Source: a virus (lineage: Duplodnaviria; Caudoviricetes). From it: 50,100 nucleotides of DNA. The stretch lies in IMG/VR virus record IMGVR_UViG_3300036832_001188, positions 1 through 50,100 of that record; one strand, 5' to 3'. The notes under the pieces are model-generated. The model was not told where the DNA came from. It saw nothing but the letters and a program-made list of their open reading frames with translations, and did not search any database. A program made the position numbers and the translations under genes. Below are positions 36,542 through 44,975 of this stretch, piece after piece; the stretch's first letter is position 1, and the number at the start of each line of letters is the position of its first letter.

Positions 36542-36786
36542 TGCGGCTGGCGGCGTGCGCGCTGTTGGTGGGATGTTGCTCTGTAATACACGTTACACAA
36601 CCGGAGAGTAGAAAATATGGCTATCCTTCCATTCCTTCTTCAATTGATAGCTCTGGTCTGCTTAATCTTTGCTACTTTTGGGTTATTCCCGAACAGCAAG
36701 GTGGCGTGGGGCTGGGCGGGAATGTTCCTATGGCTGTTGTCGCTGATGGTATCGGTGATTCAACTGCACCCTGCACAGTAGAGTAA
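36541..36786 (+). CDS. possible lipoprotein (o-spanin-like), 81 aa
   Basis: TAATG coupling to the holin; MRLAACALLVG-C lipobox-like N-terminus. Confidence 0.4.
   Translation: MRLAACALLVGCCSVIHVTQPESRKYGYPSIPSSIDSSGLLNLCYFWVIPEQQGGVGLGGNVPMAVVADGIGDSTAPCTVE
36617..36781 (+). CDS. two-TM small membrane protein (54 aa)
   Basis: GGAG SD; MAILPFLLQLIALVCLIFATFGLF...AWGWAGMFLWLLSLMVSVI. Confidence 0.6.
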   Translation: MAILPFLLQLIALVCLIFATFGLFPNSKVAWGWAGMFLWLLSLMVSVIQLHPAQ

Positions 36787-36791
36787 GGTAG

Positions 36792-37232
36792 ATGAGCGAC
36801 TTTAAGATAAGCTTTCAGGTCGCAGGTACGATTGTCGTTGAGGAGATTAAGAGAGCGCCGCCGGCAGCGCCGGGAGTGCGCGTACAATTCATTAAGGAGG
36901 GTAACGTGTCTAGTAATCTTGTTACGATCACCCCGCCGACCACCCGCACGGATGGGTCGGCGCTGGCCCTGACGGACATCCAATCGATCCAGTTATCGAA
37001 GGCCGTTGATAGTGGGGCGGCATCGGTAGTCCAGACCTTTCCGGCCCCCATCACCGGCGATGTGACCTTTACGGACAGCACGCCGGATATGGGATCTACA
37101 GATAACTATAGTGCTATCGTCACCGATACTCACGGAAACGTGAGCCCGGCGGGGACAGCTTCGGTGGTAGTTCCGCCCAGTCAACTCGCTCCGCCTGCTG
37201 CTCCTACCCTTACCGCGGTATTCCAACCGTGA
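36792..37232 (+). CDS. FN3/Ig-like virion-associated protein
   Basis: PPTTRTDGSAL...FTD...YSAIVTDTHGNVS...PPAAPTL. Confidence 0.6.
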   Translation: MSDFKISFQVAGTIVVEEIKRAPPAAPGVRVQFIKEGNVSSNLVTITPPTTRTDGSALALTDIQSIQLSKAVDSGAASVVQTFPAPITGDVTFTDSTPDMGSTDNYSAIVTDTHGNVSPAGTASVVVPPSQLAPPAAPTLTAVFQP

Positions 37233-37295
37233 TCCCGGGTGGACCCAGAAAGTAGTGATGGCTAGCTATGTGCTATGTCCGATGCGCGGTAGATA

Positions 37296-38492
37296 CTAGT
37301 GGGTTGTGTGTCCGAGCTTCGCGCGAAGGCAGTTGCCGCCGACCGGCTCCATGAGGCCGGCGGCAATCGCCCCCTTCACAACCGCGTCGAATTGGCGGAA
37401 GTCCGGGAACGCTGAATGGACGTGCTGGTAGGCTTCCGAGTATGTTACGAGGCCGTGCCGGTGCACATACCTAACGAAGCGCTCCGTCTGGATGCTAACC
37501 TCTGTCCGGCCGATCCGCGCAAATACCTTTTGCATATCCCGCTCGAGGTCCGTTACCATATTAACTGCCGTTTTAAGGTCGTCTACCTCTATCACTAGGT
37601 CATCCTTGCGCGAAGCGCAGAGGATCATGGCTGTCTTGTGGACGTGGGTCTGTTTGCGAGCGAGATACCCAGCAAAACGATCGTCGTCGAGTTCATCGGG
37701 CTTGTTGCTCCAGTGGGCGGCGTACCATCGCTTTCCCCATTCGGTCGCGTCAGCCGATAACGTGTACGTACCCAATAGAGATTCGTGGATATATTGGAGA
37801 TCTGCCACCAGCCGGCGTCCGGTGTCAGCGAACCCTGGGGGTATGTCGAGAATTGGATATGCGACAAGCTTATCTTTAGTATCCGCGTATACGAACAGAC
37901 ATCGGGAAGTGAAGCCGCCGCCAATCACGTACTCGGGGAAGTTGCCCGCAATCCAAGCGGGCGTCGTGCAAGCAACAATATTAATCCACGGATTCTCCAC
38001 GACATCGGCGCCGTTCCCTTTGGTTAGTTTGTGAAAGATCCCCTGTTTGCCGTCCCAGAGGCTAACCAGGAGATCGACCATGTCCCGGTCGTTGGGATTG
38101 ATCAGGTTGCCGAATTCCCCAGACTCTAATGTCAATGCGGACTGAACAATCGGGTCCCCATTCAGCTCGAAGGACTCTCTCGATTTCGCGAAGTCGGTCA
38201 CTAATGCTTGCCATGTGACGGCGTCTGGGCCGAATTTCACTCCCTCGACCCTGCGCAGCAGGTTCATCGCGATGGAGGCTGTGGTGCTCTTGGATACGAC
38301 CCCCGGCGGGGCTACTAAAATTACATACATATTCGTGTGCCATCGATAATACCCTTGCTCGATCCAGACATGCCGTTGGAGAGCGCCGGCGAGCGCAGCT
38401 GCGCCGGACCAAAAATGCATGCGCCGCGGGGCCTCGCTATATGAGGCAAACTCCACGTACGCAGACAACCAGTCTGCGAATTCCCGGGCCAC
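37296..38492 (-). CDS. DUF3987-like P-loop NTPase (putative replicative helicase)
   Basis: NMYVILVAPPGVVSKST, ESGEFG, LWDG, GGFTSRCLFV; next to the DNA polymerase. Confidence 0.7.
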   Translation of the reverse strand: MAREFADWLSAYVEFASYSEAPRRMHFWSGAAALAGALQRHVWIEQGYYRWHTNMYVILVAPPGVVSKSTTASIAMNLLRRVEGVKFGPDAVTWQALVTDFAKSRESFELNGDPIVQSALTLESGEFGNLINPNDRDMVDLLVSLWDGKQGIFHKLTKGNGADVVENPWINIVACTTPAWIAGNFPEYVIGGGFTSRCLFVYADTKDKLVAYPILDIPPGFADTGRRLVADLQYIHESLLGTYTLSADATEWGKRWYAAHWSNKPDELDDDRFAGYLARKQTHVHKTAMILCASRKDDLVIEVDDLKTAVNMVTDLERDMQKVFARIGRTEVSIQTERFVRYVHRHGLVTYSEAYQHVHSAFPDFRQFDAVVKGAIAAGLMEPVGGNCLRAKLGHTTH

Positions 38493-38498
38493 TGATTA

Positions 38499-41015
38499 CT
38501 ATGCGCAATGGCCCCATGAACGCTCGCTTGTTTTGATAGAAACGGGTATCACGAGAGGGTCATCGTAGGGGATTGTCACTTTAGCTACTTCCTTTAACTG
38601 GTCGAGGGGGCCGCGGAACTGTCCACAGATGCTATCGTGCAACTGTAAGAGCACCTGGACATCGGGCAGCCGCTCATAAATATTCAGCCAGATCCGATTA
38701 ATCACTATCGAGACTGTGGACTGGGGGATCCAGGCGATAGCTTCGGGGAGGATACTGTCAGGTCGATCGAATATAATCCATCGGTAGCCAAATTTGTTCT
38801 CAATGAATCTGCGAGAGGTGATTTGAGCCGCAACTCTATTGTGCCATCTAAGGATTCCAGGGTGAGCACCAAACCACCTTTGCTGCGATAGATCGATTTC
38901 ATGAACAGTCCGGCCGCAGTGTGCCGCCATTGTGCGAGCCTTCCCCCCATAGTTGGTGCCGTGGACAAAGACCTTGGCGTATTGTCGGTCGTGTTTTCTA
39001 GACTCATAGTGTCCCTCGTAACGCGGGTGGTGTTTAACTAGTTCGTCGAGCGGCGGCGGCTCCTTTCCCACTAGCGCATAGGTGTTGAGTAGATGTATAT
39101 CCACTCCCATCCGCATAGCTGATTTAAGCAGCTCGTCTTCAGCTTCCCAACAAACGACGAAGAGATCGGCACGCTCGAGATCCAAATCAAACCAAGTGCT
39201 ATTAGCATCGGGAATGAAAATCTCCCTGATATTGGGAAACTGATAAGGATCCCCGAGACAGCTGAGCGTTCCGCGAGCAGCCGCTTTTCCGATTGATTTA
39301 GATTGCTCAGAAGGAATTGTCTGAAGGTTTGTACCTGATCCAAAGGCGTCCTGAGAGCTGGAGAGACGGTAAGTTTTTGGTGCAGATTTTCCACTCTCGG
39401 ATCCTCCGATGTTGTAGGAGCAGCGCATGCGGCTGTCGGCCGAGAGCGGGCGGCACAGAAAGTTAGAGAGGAACTTGTTGAGGGTGCGAATATCGCAGAC
39501 CGCGTTGACTAGGGGCCGGACCAGCGGCTGGATTTTGGCGAGCCGTTGGAGCGCCTCATCGTTGAGGGTCGGCTTCGCCGGTTGATTCTTGACCGCTCGA
39601 GTCATCTGCACTGGCAGTTTAAGATCCTCATAGAATAGGCAGTGCATCTGCTTCGGCGATTCGGGATTGATGGGATGTCCAAGGACATCAATTAGGAATT
39701 GTTCCCTCTGCGCAACTGCTTCCTGAACCTCCAGTATAAGTTCCGCACGACGCTTCGTATCGATCTTGACCCCCCGGAGCATGGCCTGTAGAACCGGCCA
39801 GAACATACGCTGTTGCGCTTGGTGAATAGCAGAGAGGCCAAGAATGTTGGCGGTCTTAGTGATTTCGCGCGACACTTCATACGTGTATACGCAGTCTTCG
39901 CAGTTATAGTGCCAAAGCTGATCCTCAGCGAGGGACGCTTCCCATGTCTTCGATTCCTCTTTCCAATATACATAGTAATCGCAATACATCGAGGCTATGA
40001 AGGCGAGACCCTTGGGGATATCGCTGAAGATGGAGTGCTGGCCGATCATCGTGTCGTGGACGACACGAGGCACGAAGTGCCAATGTTTCCAGGTGTATTG
40101 GGAATCGTAGAGGAGATTCTGTCCGATTACTCGGACTTGCGGGTGGGTGAGCAGTCCTTGTAATCGAAAAACAATGTCGGCCTCTTGGTCGACAGTCCAA
40201 TAACCTTCAGTCCGTTCGATGCACATGAACGGGATACAGATAGCATCGCGGAGCGACCAAGCGAGTCCAGCGCACGCGATATGTCCCGCTCGAGTTTCGA
40301 GATCGAAGCTGAGGTCGAGTCCTCCTCGATGCATAGCTCGAATGAATAGCTGATCCAGAGTTTGTATGGTTCGCTCATAGCTAGGTCTTATTTGAAAGTT
40401 CCATTGGGGGTCGGGGTACTGCGCCGCGCGGTATCGGGCCGCTCGTCGGAGATCTGCCACAACAATCGCTCTCTGTTTCCATTCACGTAGGACGCTAGCA
40501 GGATGGATGGTGGGCAGTACTTGCGTCCGCGGACTAAAGGTTCCATTAGTATGCAGTAGACTGCCGCGCCACTTGGTAATCCCCGATAGTCCGGCCAGTG
40601 CCCATAGGGGAGTATTTCCCAGCGCAATGATAATGTTGGGGCGGACTTGTGCAATCTCGGTTTGTAGAAGGTCAAGACCCTCCAGAACCTCGCGTGTGCA
40701 CCAGCGTCCCGCATGTTCCGTATGGGCCGCTGTGCGGTGCTTTTTGGACTTGGCGAAGAATGCGCTGATGTCATTGTTGGGTGGCCTAATCTTGCAGACG
40801 TTAGTGATATAACATTCTGTCCGCAGAATGCCCGCTTCCTTGAGCATCCTGTCTAATTCGTAGCCGGAAGGGCCGACGAAGGGGCGGCCGAGGCGTTCCT
40901 CGTCAGCGCCCGGCGCTTCCCCGCAGATCAATATCCGCGCGCTTAGCGGACCCTCACCTTTTACCACTACCCCACTCCAGCGCCGAAGGCGCTCCGTGGC
41001 GGGGGCCGCTTCCAT
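38499..41015 (-). CDS. polA: family A DNA polymerase with N-terminal uracil-DNA glycosylase (family 4-like) and 3'-5' exonuclease domains (start may be GTG at 40967)
   Basis: UDG motifs GEAPG...RPFVGPSG, TNVCKIRPP, IHPA; exonuclease FDLET, QNLLYD, YNCED; polymerase RLSS...NLQTIP, DLERADL, RQYAKVFVHGTNYG, LQLHDS. Confidence 0.93.
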   Translation of the reverse strand: MEAAPATERLRRWSGVVVKGEGPLSARILICGEAPGADEERLGRPFVGPSGYELDRMLKEAGILRTECYITNVCKIRPPNNDISAFFAKSKKHRTAAHTEHAGRWCTREVLEGLDLLQTEIAQVRPNIIIALGNTPLWALAGLSGITKWRGSLLHTNGTFSPRTQVLPTIHPASVLREWKQRAIVVADLRRAARYRAAQYPDPQWNFQIRPSYERTIQTLDQLFIRAMHRGGLDLSFDLETRAGHIACAGLAWSLRDAICIPFMCIERTEGYWTVDQEADIVFRLQGLLTHPQVRVIGQNLLYDSQYTWKHWHFVPRVVHDTMIGQHSIFSDIPKGLAFIASMYCDYYVYWKEESKTWEASLAEDQLWHYNCEDCVYTYEVSREITKTANILGLSAIHQAQQRMFWPVLQAMLRGVKIDTKRRAELILEVQEAVAQREQFLIDVLGHPINPESPKQMHCLFYEDLKLPVQMTRAVKNQPAKPTLNDEALQRLAKIQPLVRPLVNAVCDIRTLNKFLSNFLCRPLSADSRMRCSYNIGGSESGKSAPKTYRLSSSQDAFGSGTNLQTIPSEQSKSIGKAAARGTLSCLGDPYQFPNIREIFIPDANSTWFDLDLERADLFVVCWEAEDELLKSAMRMGVDIHLLNTYALVGKEPPPLDELVKHHPRYEGHYESRKHDRQYAKVFVHGTNYGGKARTMAAHCGRTVHEIDLSQQRWFGAHPGILRWHNRVAAQITSRRFIENKFGYRWIIFDRPDSILPEAIAWIPQSTVSIVINRIWLNIYERLPDVQVLLQLHDSICGQFRGPLDQLKEVAKVTIPYDDPLVIPVSIKTSERSWGHCA

Positions 41016-41033
41016 GCAGCCCCTACCGCTTAA

Positions 41034-41189
41034 CTAGTCTGCTGGACTTGCTTCTTCGTCTTCCAGCCGGTCCAGTTCTATCTGAACCTCTTGGATCAGT
41101 TCTTCTAATAGCTCGTAGTCGAGTTCTTCGGGGAGTAGCTCGAGGCGATCGGCGTAGGCACGGAGCGCTACTACCAATTGCTCGCGCAC
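41034..41189 (-). CDS. small highly acidic protein (51 aa)
   Basis: MREQLVVALRAYADRLELLPEELDYELLEELIQEVQIELDRLEDEEASPAD; fills the gap between flanking genes. Confidence 0.6.
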   Translation of the reverse strand: MREQLVVALRAYADRLELLPEELDYELLEELIQEVQIELDRLEDEEASPAD

Positions 41190-41193
41190 AGTC

Positions 41194-41670
41194 CTAGACC
41201 TTGGCGACTGAGCGAATGCGATCCTGCAATATACCAGAGCCCTTGGGGTATTCTTCGTGTCTGATTTTAACGCGGATGGTGCGGCCGACCACGGACATGG
41301 GACTCCAGGCTTGGCCCTTGGCGTTGGTGCCGGTCGCCTCCCGGAGCGCGGTCATCTGGCTGTTCCGCCCCGCGGACCAGTCCATGGCTCCGCCATCGGT
41401 GAGATCGATGCCCATCGAATGGTTGATGGTCACCGTGTCCTGGCCGATCCGCTTGTGTTCAGCGGGATTGCTGGTCAGATCGATAGCGAGCGGATAATCG
41501 ATAAACGTATAGAGCTTGCTGGGATCTTCCTTGCCGGCGTGCTGGCGCGGGGGCCTCGGCTCGCCCACGATAGCGATGTAATCGTAGTCGGTGGAGAGGG
41601 GCGGGCGGCGCTGTCCCGCTTCGGTGGTCGTGGCATTCAGGAATTCATTGGGATCGAATATGCTGGTCAT
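41194..41670 (-). CDS. putative ssDNA-binding protein (DUF669-like OB fold)
   Basis: Follows the exonuclease and Sak4-like ATPase; LREATG...VVGRTIRVKIRHEEY pattern. Confidence 0.6.
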   Translation of the reverse strand: MTSIFDPNEFLNATTTEAGQRRPPLSTDYDYIAIVGEPRPPRQHAGKEDPSKLYTFIDYPLAIDLTSNPAEHKRIGQDTVTINHSMGIDLTDGGAMDWSAGRNSQMTALREATGTNAKGQAWSPMSVVGRTIRVKIRHEEYPKGSGILQDRIRSVAKV

Positions 41671-41683
41671 TGCTAGTACTCCA

Positions 41684-42559
41684 TCAGGATTTGACTGTGG
41701 GCGAGAAGCGGCCTCCGCGGGAGGTCCACTTATCTAGGATCTGGCTGAAGCTGGGAACTATTCCTTCGGCTAGAACTAGATTTCTGGTTTTGAGGTCTGC
41801 GAGCGCATTCGCCGTAGACCACGAGAATTTAGTCCCCTCCCGTACAGAGAGGATAACGTCGCTAAACATTGGAGGAATCTTAGGGGCGAGCGCTCGACCC
41901 AAGGTTGAGACGGTGATTTTAACGCCGCCGAAAACCTGATCGATCTCCCGCTCAACGTGCGCTGTAAGCACAAAGTGGCACTTGCAACCATCGGCTAGCT
42001 GTCTAATCAGGTTTTCGATTTGCGTCTGCGCAATCCCCCAGTCAGCTTGTGACCTAACAGGCTTGCCACCGACAACAAGCGAGAGAGCGATTGGATTAAT
42101 TCCTGTGAGGCTATCCACTGCCAGGAGGTGGTCCGGCCCCCATTTATCAATTGGACCAAAACGGCGTCCCGTTCGGTCGTCAGGGAAATCAGCCAGTGCT
42201 CGTAGAAGGCCGATGAATTGATTGTGACGAGATCGATTGGGATCTGAAGTCTTGTGGAGACTCTCCTGAGTTTGGCGATTAATAGCTTCTGCTGTCGCGG
42301 CGAGAGTTGTGAAATCAGTAGAACCGCGCTCAAGGGTATGCCAGTGGACGGTCTCGGGAATAGGTTCGCCTCGATCGCTCCAATATCCGAGGAAAGACTC
42401 GAGTCCACTCTCGGTAAAGAGGACGAAGGTTTCGAGGCCGGGACGGGGGATGGTGCCGAGGGCATGGGTTTTGCCAGAGCCGGTGGGTCCTTCAAGTAAT
42501 ACATTCACGCCGGCTAGGAGCGAGGGCTGTTCGAGTGGGATCGGCTGGCTGTTCATCAT
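41684..42559 (-). CDS. Sak4/AAA_24-like recombination ATPase
   Basis: GPTGSGKT, LAVDSLT, FVLTAHVE, FSDVI. Confidence 0.8.
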   Translation of the reverse strand: MMNSQPIPLEQPSLLAGVNVLLEGPTGSGKTHALGTIPRPGLETFVLFTESGLESFLGYWSDRGEPIPETVHWHTLERGSTDFTTLAATAEAINRQTQESLHKTSDPNRSRHNQFIGLLRALADFPDDRTGRRFGPIDKWGPDHLLAVDSLTGINPIALSLVVGGKPVRSQADWGIAQTQIENLIRQLADGCKCHFVLTAHVEREIDQVFGGVKITVSTLGRALAPKIPPMFSDVILSVREGTKFSWSTANALADLKTRNLVLAEGIVPSFSQILDKWTSRGGRFSPTVKS

Positions 42560-43478
42560 CTACCTCGAGGATTGTTTCTGTTCGAGTGACTGGATCCCAA
42601 TGGCGGCGCTCGAAGTAGCTCTCGAGCCATGGCCGCTCATCTTGCGACTGGCAGACAGTCGCAAAGCCACACCCCCCATAGCTAGTACAGGATTCATCTA
42701 GGTTGTACTTGTATCGTCCGGTTCTCCACCAGCCGATCGCTTCTGCGATCCATTCGAGGAGTTCGCCGTACCAGCGATCCACCATCCAATCTGGTCGGTA
42801 GCTAATGGCTTCGATGGTCTCGTACTTGGTTTTGAGGATGGAAACTCCCCGAACCACCACGCCCGCAGCGCGGATACCATACTGTCGGCAGCCCCAGCAA
42901 TATCCTGTGAACTGGGATCGGAGATCCCATTTGCGTCCCCAAGTACTTCCAAGGTAGCTAGTTGTCTTCTCGTCAAACACAAAGGTATCTCCAGCGTATT
43001 GGAGAATCGCATCCAGTCGTCCGCAATATAGTATGGGATGACCTGTAACTGGATGGTCAATCGAAAGGGGATGCGCAAAGCTGAATTCGATCGCGCGTTT
43101 GCCGCCCGGAAGAGTGATTGGGTAAGCGGTGTTATGAGAGAGGGGATAGTTGGAAAAATAGAACTCGAGAGCACCGGCGGTTCTGATAGCGGACTTGCCG
43201 CTGTCGGGGGGACACTGGAAGTCACCGTAGTGGGTGAGGAGCGCCCGCGCGCCCATCGCGATCGAGTCCTCTGCAGAATGTCCGTCCACGTAAAAGGCAT
43301 TTCTGGTTACCTCGAGGCCGCGGGCGAACGCACCCCCAGCGATTAGATGCACGTTCAACTCTTTAGCTTTCCACTGGTCGACGTAGATTTTCTTGAAGAG
43401 CTGCGGACACTGCTTCAGGGTCGCAACCATCGAGCTATCGAATACCTCTGGGAAATAGTTGACTAGAGAACTTGGCAT
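42492..43478 (-). CDS. PD-(D/E)xK exonuclease, Cas4/AddB-like with four Cys
   Basis: N-terminal CP, GRLDA...DEKT, QFTGY, C-terminal C-x5-C-x5-C. Confidence 0.85.
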   Translation of the reverse strand: MPSSLVNYFPEVFDSSMVATLKQCPQLFKKIYVDQWKAKELNVHLIAGGAFARGLEVTRNAFYVDGHSAEDSIAMGARALLTHYGDFQCPPDSGKSAIRTAGALEFYFSNYPLSHNTAYPITLPGGKRAIEFSFAHPLSIDHPVTGHPILYCGRLDAILQYAGDTFVFDEKTTSYLGSTWGRKWDLRSQFTGYCWGCRQYGIRAAGVVVRGVSILKTKYETIEAISYRPDWMVDRWYGELLEWIAEAIGWWRTGRYKYNLDESCTSYGGCGFATVCQSQDERPWLESYFERRHWDPVTRTETILEVDDEQPADPTRTALAPSRRECIT

Positions 43479-43567
43479 AACAGATAAACGAGAATAGAGG
43501 CGGTGAGGCCGATGAGGCCGGTTATAACTATCAAGGCTAGGATCTGCTCAACGCTTCTTAAGGCCAT
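43463..43567 (-). CDS. small single-TM peptide (34 aa)
   Basis: MALRSVEQILALIVITGLIGLTASILVYLLCQVL bridges the gap between genes; weak SD. Confidence 0.35.
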   Translation of the reverse strand: MALRSVEQILALIVITGLIGLTASILVYLLCQVL

Positions 43568-43748
43568 CGAGCAGAGCGTCTACGTCAACGGGCTTTTTGG
43601 TTCGCTTCGCGGAGCGAATGCTGGCCTGCTGGCGCTCCTCGCGGAGGAGCCGCATCGATTCCTTTACGTCCTCTAGGGTTAGGGTTCCGTTTGCCTCCTT
43701 TAGTTGGAGCTGAGAGATTCGGTCTTGGGTCTCTGGGCTGTAAAGCAC
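43548..43748 (-). CDS. hypothetical protein (66 aa)
   Basis: GTG start after GAGGA; helical, ends VDVDALLDGL. Confidence 0.65.
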   Translation of the reverse strand: MLYSPETQDRISQLQLKEANGTLTLEDVKESMRLLREERQQASIRSAKRTKKPVDVDALLDGLKKR

Positions 43749-43917
43749 GGAAGTGATCCTCGATTAGTTGAATAAAAAACCGCTGATAGGCAGAGTGGGG
43801 TATACGGCCTTCGGCGGCGCTCCACAGATGCAAGCTAATCCTTGCCCAGACCTTGCGCGGCAGCGCAATGTTGAGCGCTACGCTGGGCTCAATATTGGGT
43901 TTACGGCCGCGGGTCAC
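43585..43917 (-). CDS. ribbon-helix-helix-like DNA-binding protein (putative)
   Basis: RGRKP...VALNIALPRKVWARISLHL strand-helix pattern; GTGA coupling. Confidence 0.5.
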   Translation of the reverse strand: MTRGRKPNIEPSVALNIALPRKVWARISLHLWSAAEGRIPHSAYQRFFIQLIEDHFRALQPRDPRPNLSAPTKGGKRNPNPRGRKGIDAAPPRGAPAGQHSLREANQKAR

Positions 43918-44009
43918 TTGGGTAGCTCGAACATTCGGATTCGTCGTTCTCGTTTATGCAGACTTCGTCTACGATTGTATATTTCTGCGCCGCTCGGCGG
44001 GCGCGGCAT
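43914..44009 (-). CDS. small Arg-rich peptide (31 aa)
   Basis: MPRPPSGAEIYNRRRSLHKRERRIRMFELPK; stop overlaps the next GTG. Confidence 0.4.
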   Translation of the reverse strand: MPRPPSGAEIYNRRRSLHKRERRIRMFELPK

Positions 44010-44106
44010 TGGCACCACCACCAGTAGGGCCGTTTCCACCAGACTGGACGGGGATCGATTAGCTCGAAATTTATCAGGGGGGCCTTTGGCGGCGGCGGCG
44101 CGCCGG

Positions 44107-44172
44107 GAATTATGTGCGCAGATTGATCGATTTATGTGCGTAGAGTGTGCGCCTCGCCGAAGGCGAGGTCAA
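44107..44172 (-). promoter_or_regulatory. putative promoter/operator of the replication operon
   Basis: TTGACC-17 nt-CACACT; perfect palindrome CCTCGCC-GAA-GGCGAGG at 44152-44168; TTATGTGCG direct repeats at 44110 and 44132. Confidence 0.5.
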
Positions 44173-44239
44173 GACGTGCGTCACACTTCTAGCGAATTTC
44201 TATGCATAGGGCCGGCCCCGGAGGCCGGCGGTCCCCCGT

Positions 44240-44266
44240 AAACACAAACGGCCCCTCACGGGGCCG
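44240..44266 (-). terminator. intrinsic terminator ending the early region
   Basis: CGGCCCC-GTGA-GGGGCCG then TTTGTGTTT on the minus strand. Confidence 0.75.
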
Positions 44267-44353
44267 CTGTGCGCCCGCCGTCGGAGGCTCATTTCCTCGG
44301 CGGACTTCACCGCGCGCTAGGACACCAGCGCGGGTGCATTTGGATTGCGGCCG
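44240..44353 (-). ncRNA. candidate 3'-UTR-derived small RNA with an anti-SD seed loop
   Basis: Three stem-loops; the middle loop holds UGAGCCUCCGA, complementary to the early-gene SD box; G-U wobbles work only on the minus strand. Confidence 0.5.
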
Positions 44354-44965
44354 TCAGGCCGCGGGAGCCTCCTTGAACCGGGAGAGTAGGCTATCGGTAT
44401 CGACCGGCGTTGCACGCTCCTGTTCCAGCCGCTCGATGATTGGGCGGATGCGCTTGTCTTGGGCGAGAGCTTTGCGGTCGATGCCAGACATGGCCTTGAG
44501 GCCGGCGCGGATGTCCTCGAGCGAATTTCCAGTGAACTCCACGAGGGCCAGAGCGAGCACACCAGCGGTCTTGCTGGCAGCCTGACCGTTGCCCCGGGCC
44601 ACGGCCCATTGGCCGGCAGAGAGCCTCTCGTGCAGCTTGTCCGTGGCCTCGGGCCACTTCGCTACGGTGTCCGCCGATTCGTTGGCAAGTGCCGCGCCGT
44701 ACTTGGTTAGTGCGCCCTGCGATACGAACTGATTGGCTAGATCTGGGTTCAGCGGGTAGGTGCGGGTGGCACCGCTGCGGAAGTCTAATCGCACCGCAAT
44801 ATCGCTGATGGAAGCGGCCGCTAGGGTGGTGGCGTCGACCCCATCGAGCGGCTGTCCACCCACCAATATCTCCTTAACGAGGTTCGTCCTCGAACCCGCG
44901 AACTTGACCATTCGGCCATCGGCCATCCTGACTGTTTCTACGACTGGTTTCTTTGCCTTGGGCAC
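44354..44965 (-). CDS. hypothetical protein (203 aa), distant paralog of 4652-5218
   Basis: GTG start after AAGGAG. Confidence 0.8.
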   Translation of the reverse strand: MPKAKKPVVETVRMADGRMVKFAGSRTNLVKEILVGGQPLDGVDATTLAAASISDIAVRLDFRSGATRTYPLNPDLANQFVSQGALTKYGAALANESADTVAKWPEATDKLHERLSAGQWAVARGNGQAASKTAGVLALALVEFTGNSLEDIRAGLKAMSGIDRKALAQDKRIRPIIERLEQERATPVDTDSLLSRFKEAPAA

Positions 44966-44975
44966 GTCTGTCTCC

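Noticed and set aside
42492-43478. CRISPR-associated cas4
   Set aside because: No other cas genes or array; context (Sak4-like ATPase, SSB) indicates a recombination exonuclease
44152-44168. N4-type virion RNA polymerase hairpin promoter (C-GAA-G triloop)
   Set aside because: Single copy seen, and no RNA polymerase gene is recognisable in the genome
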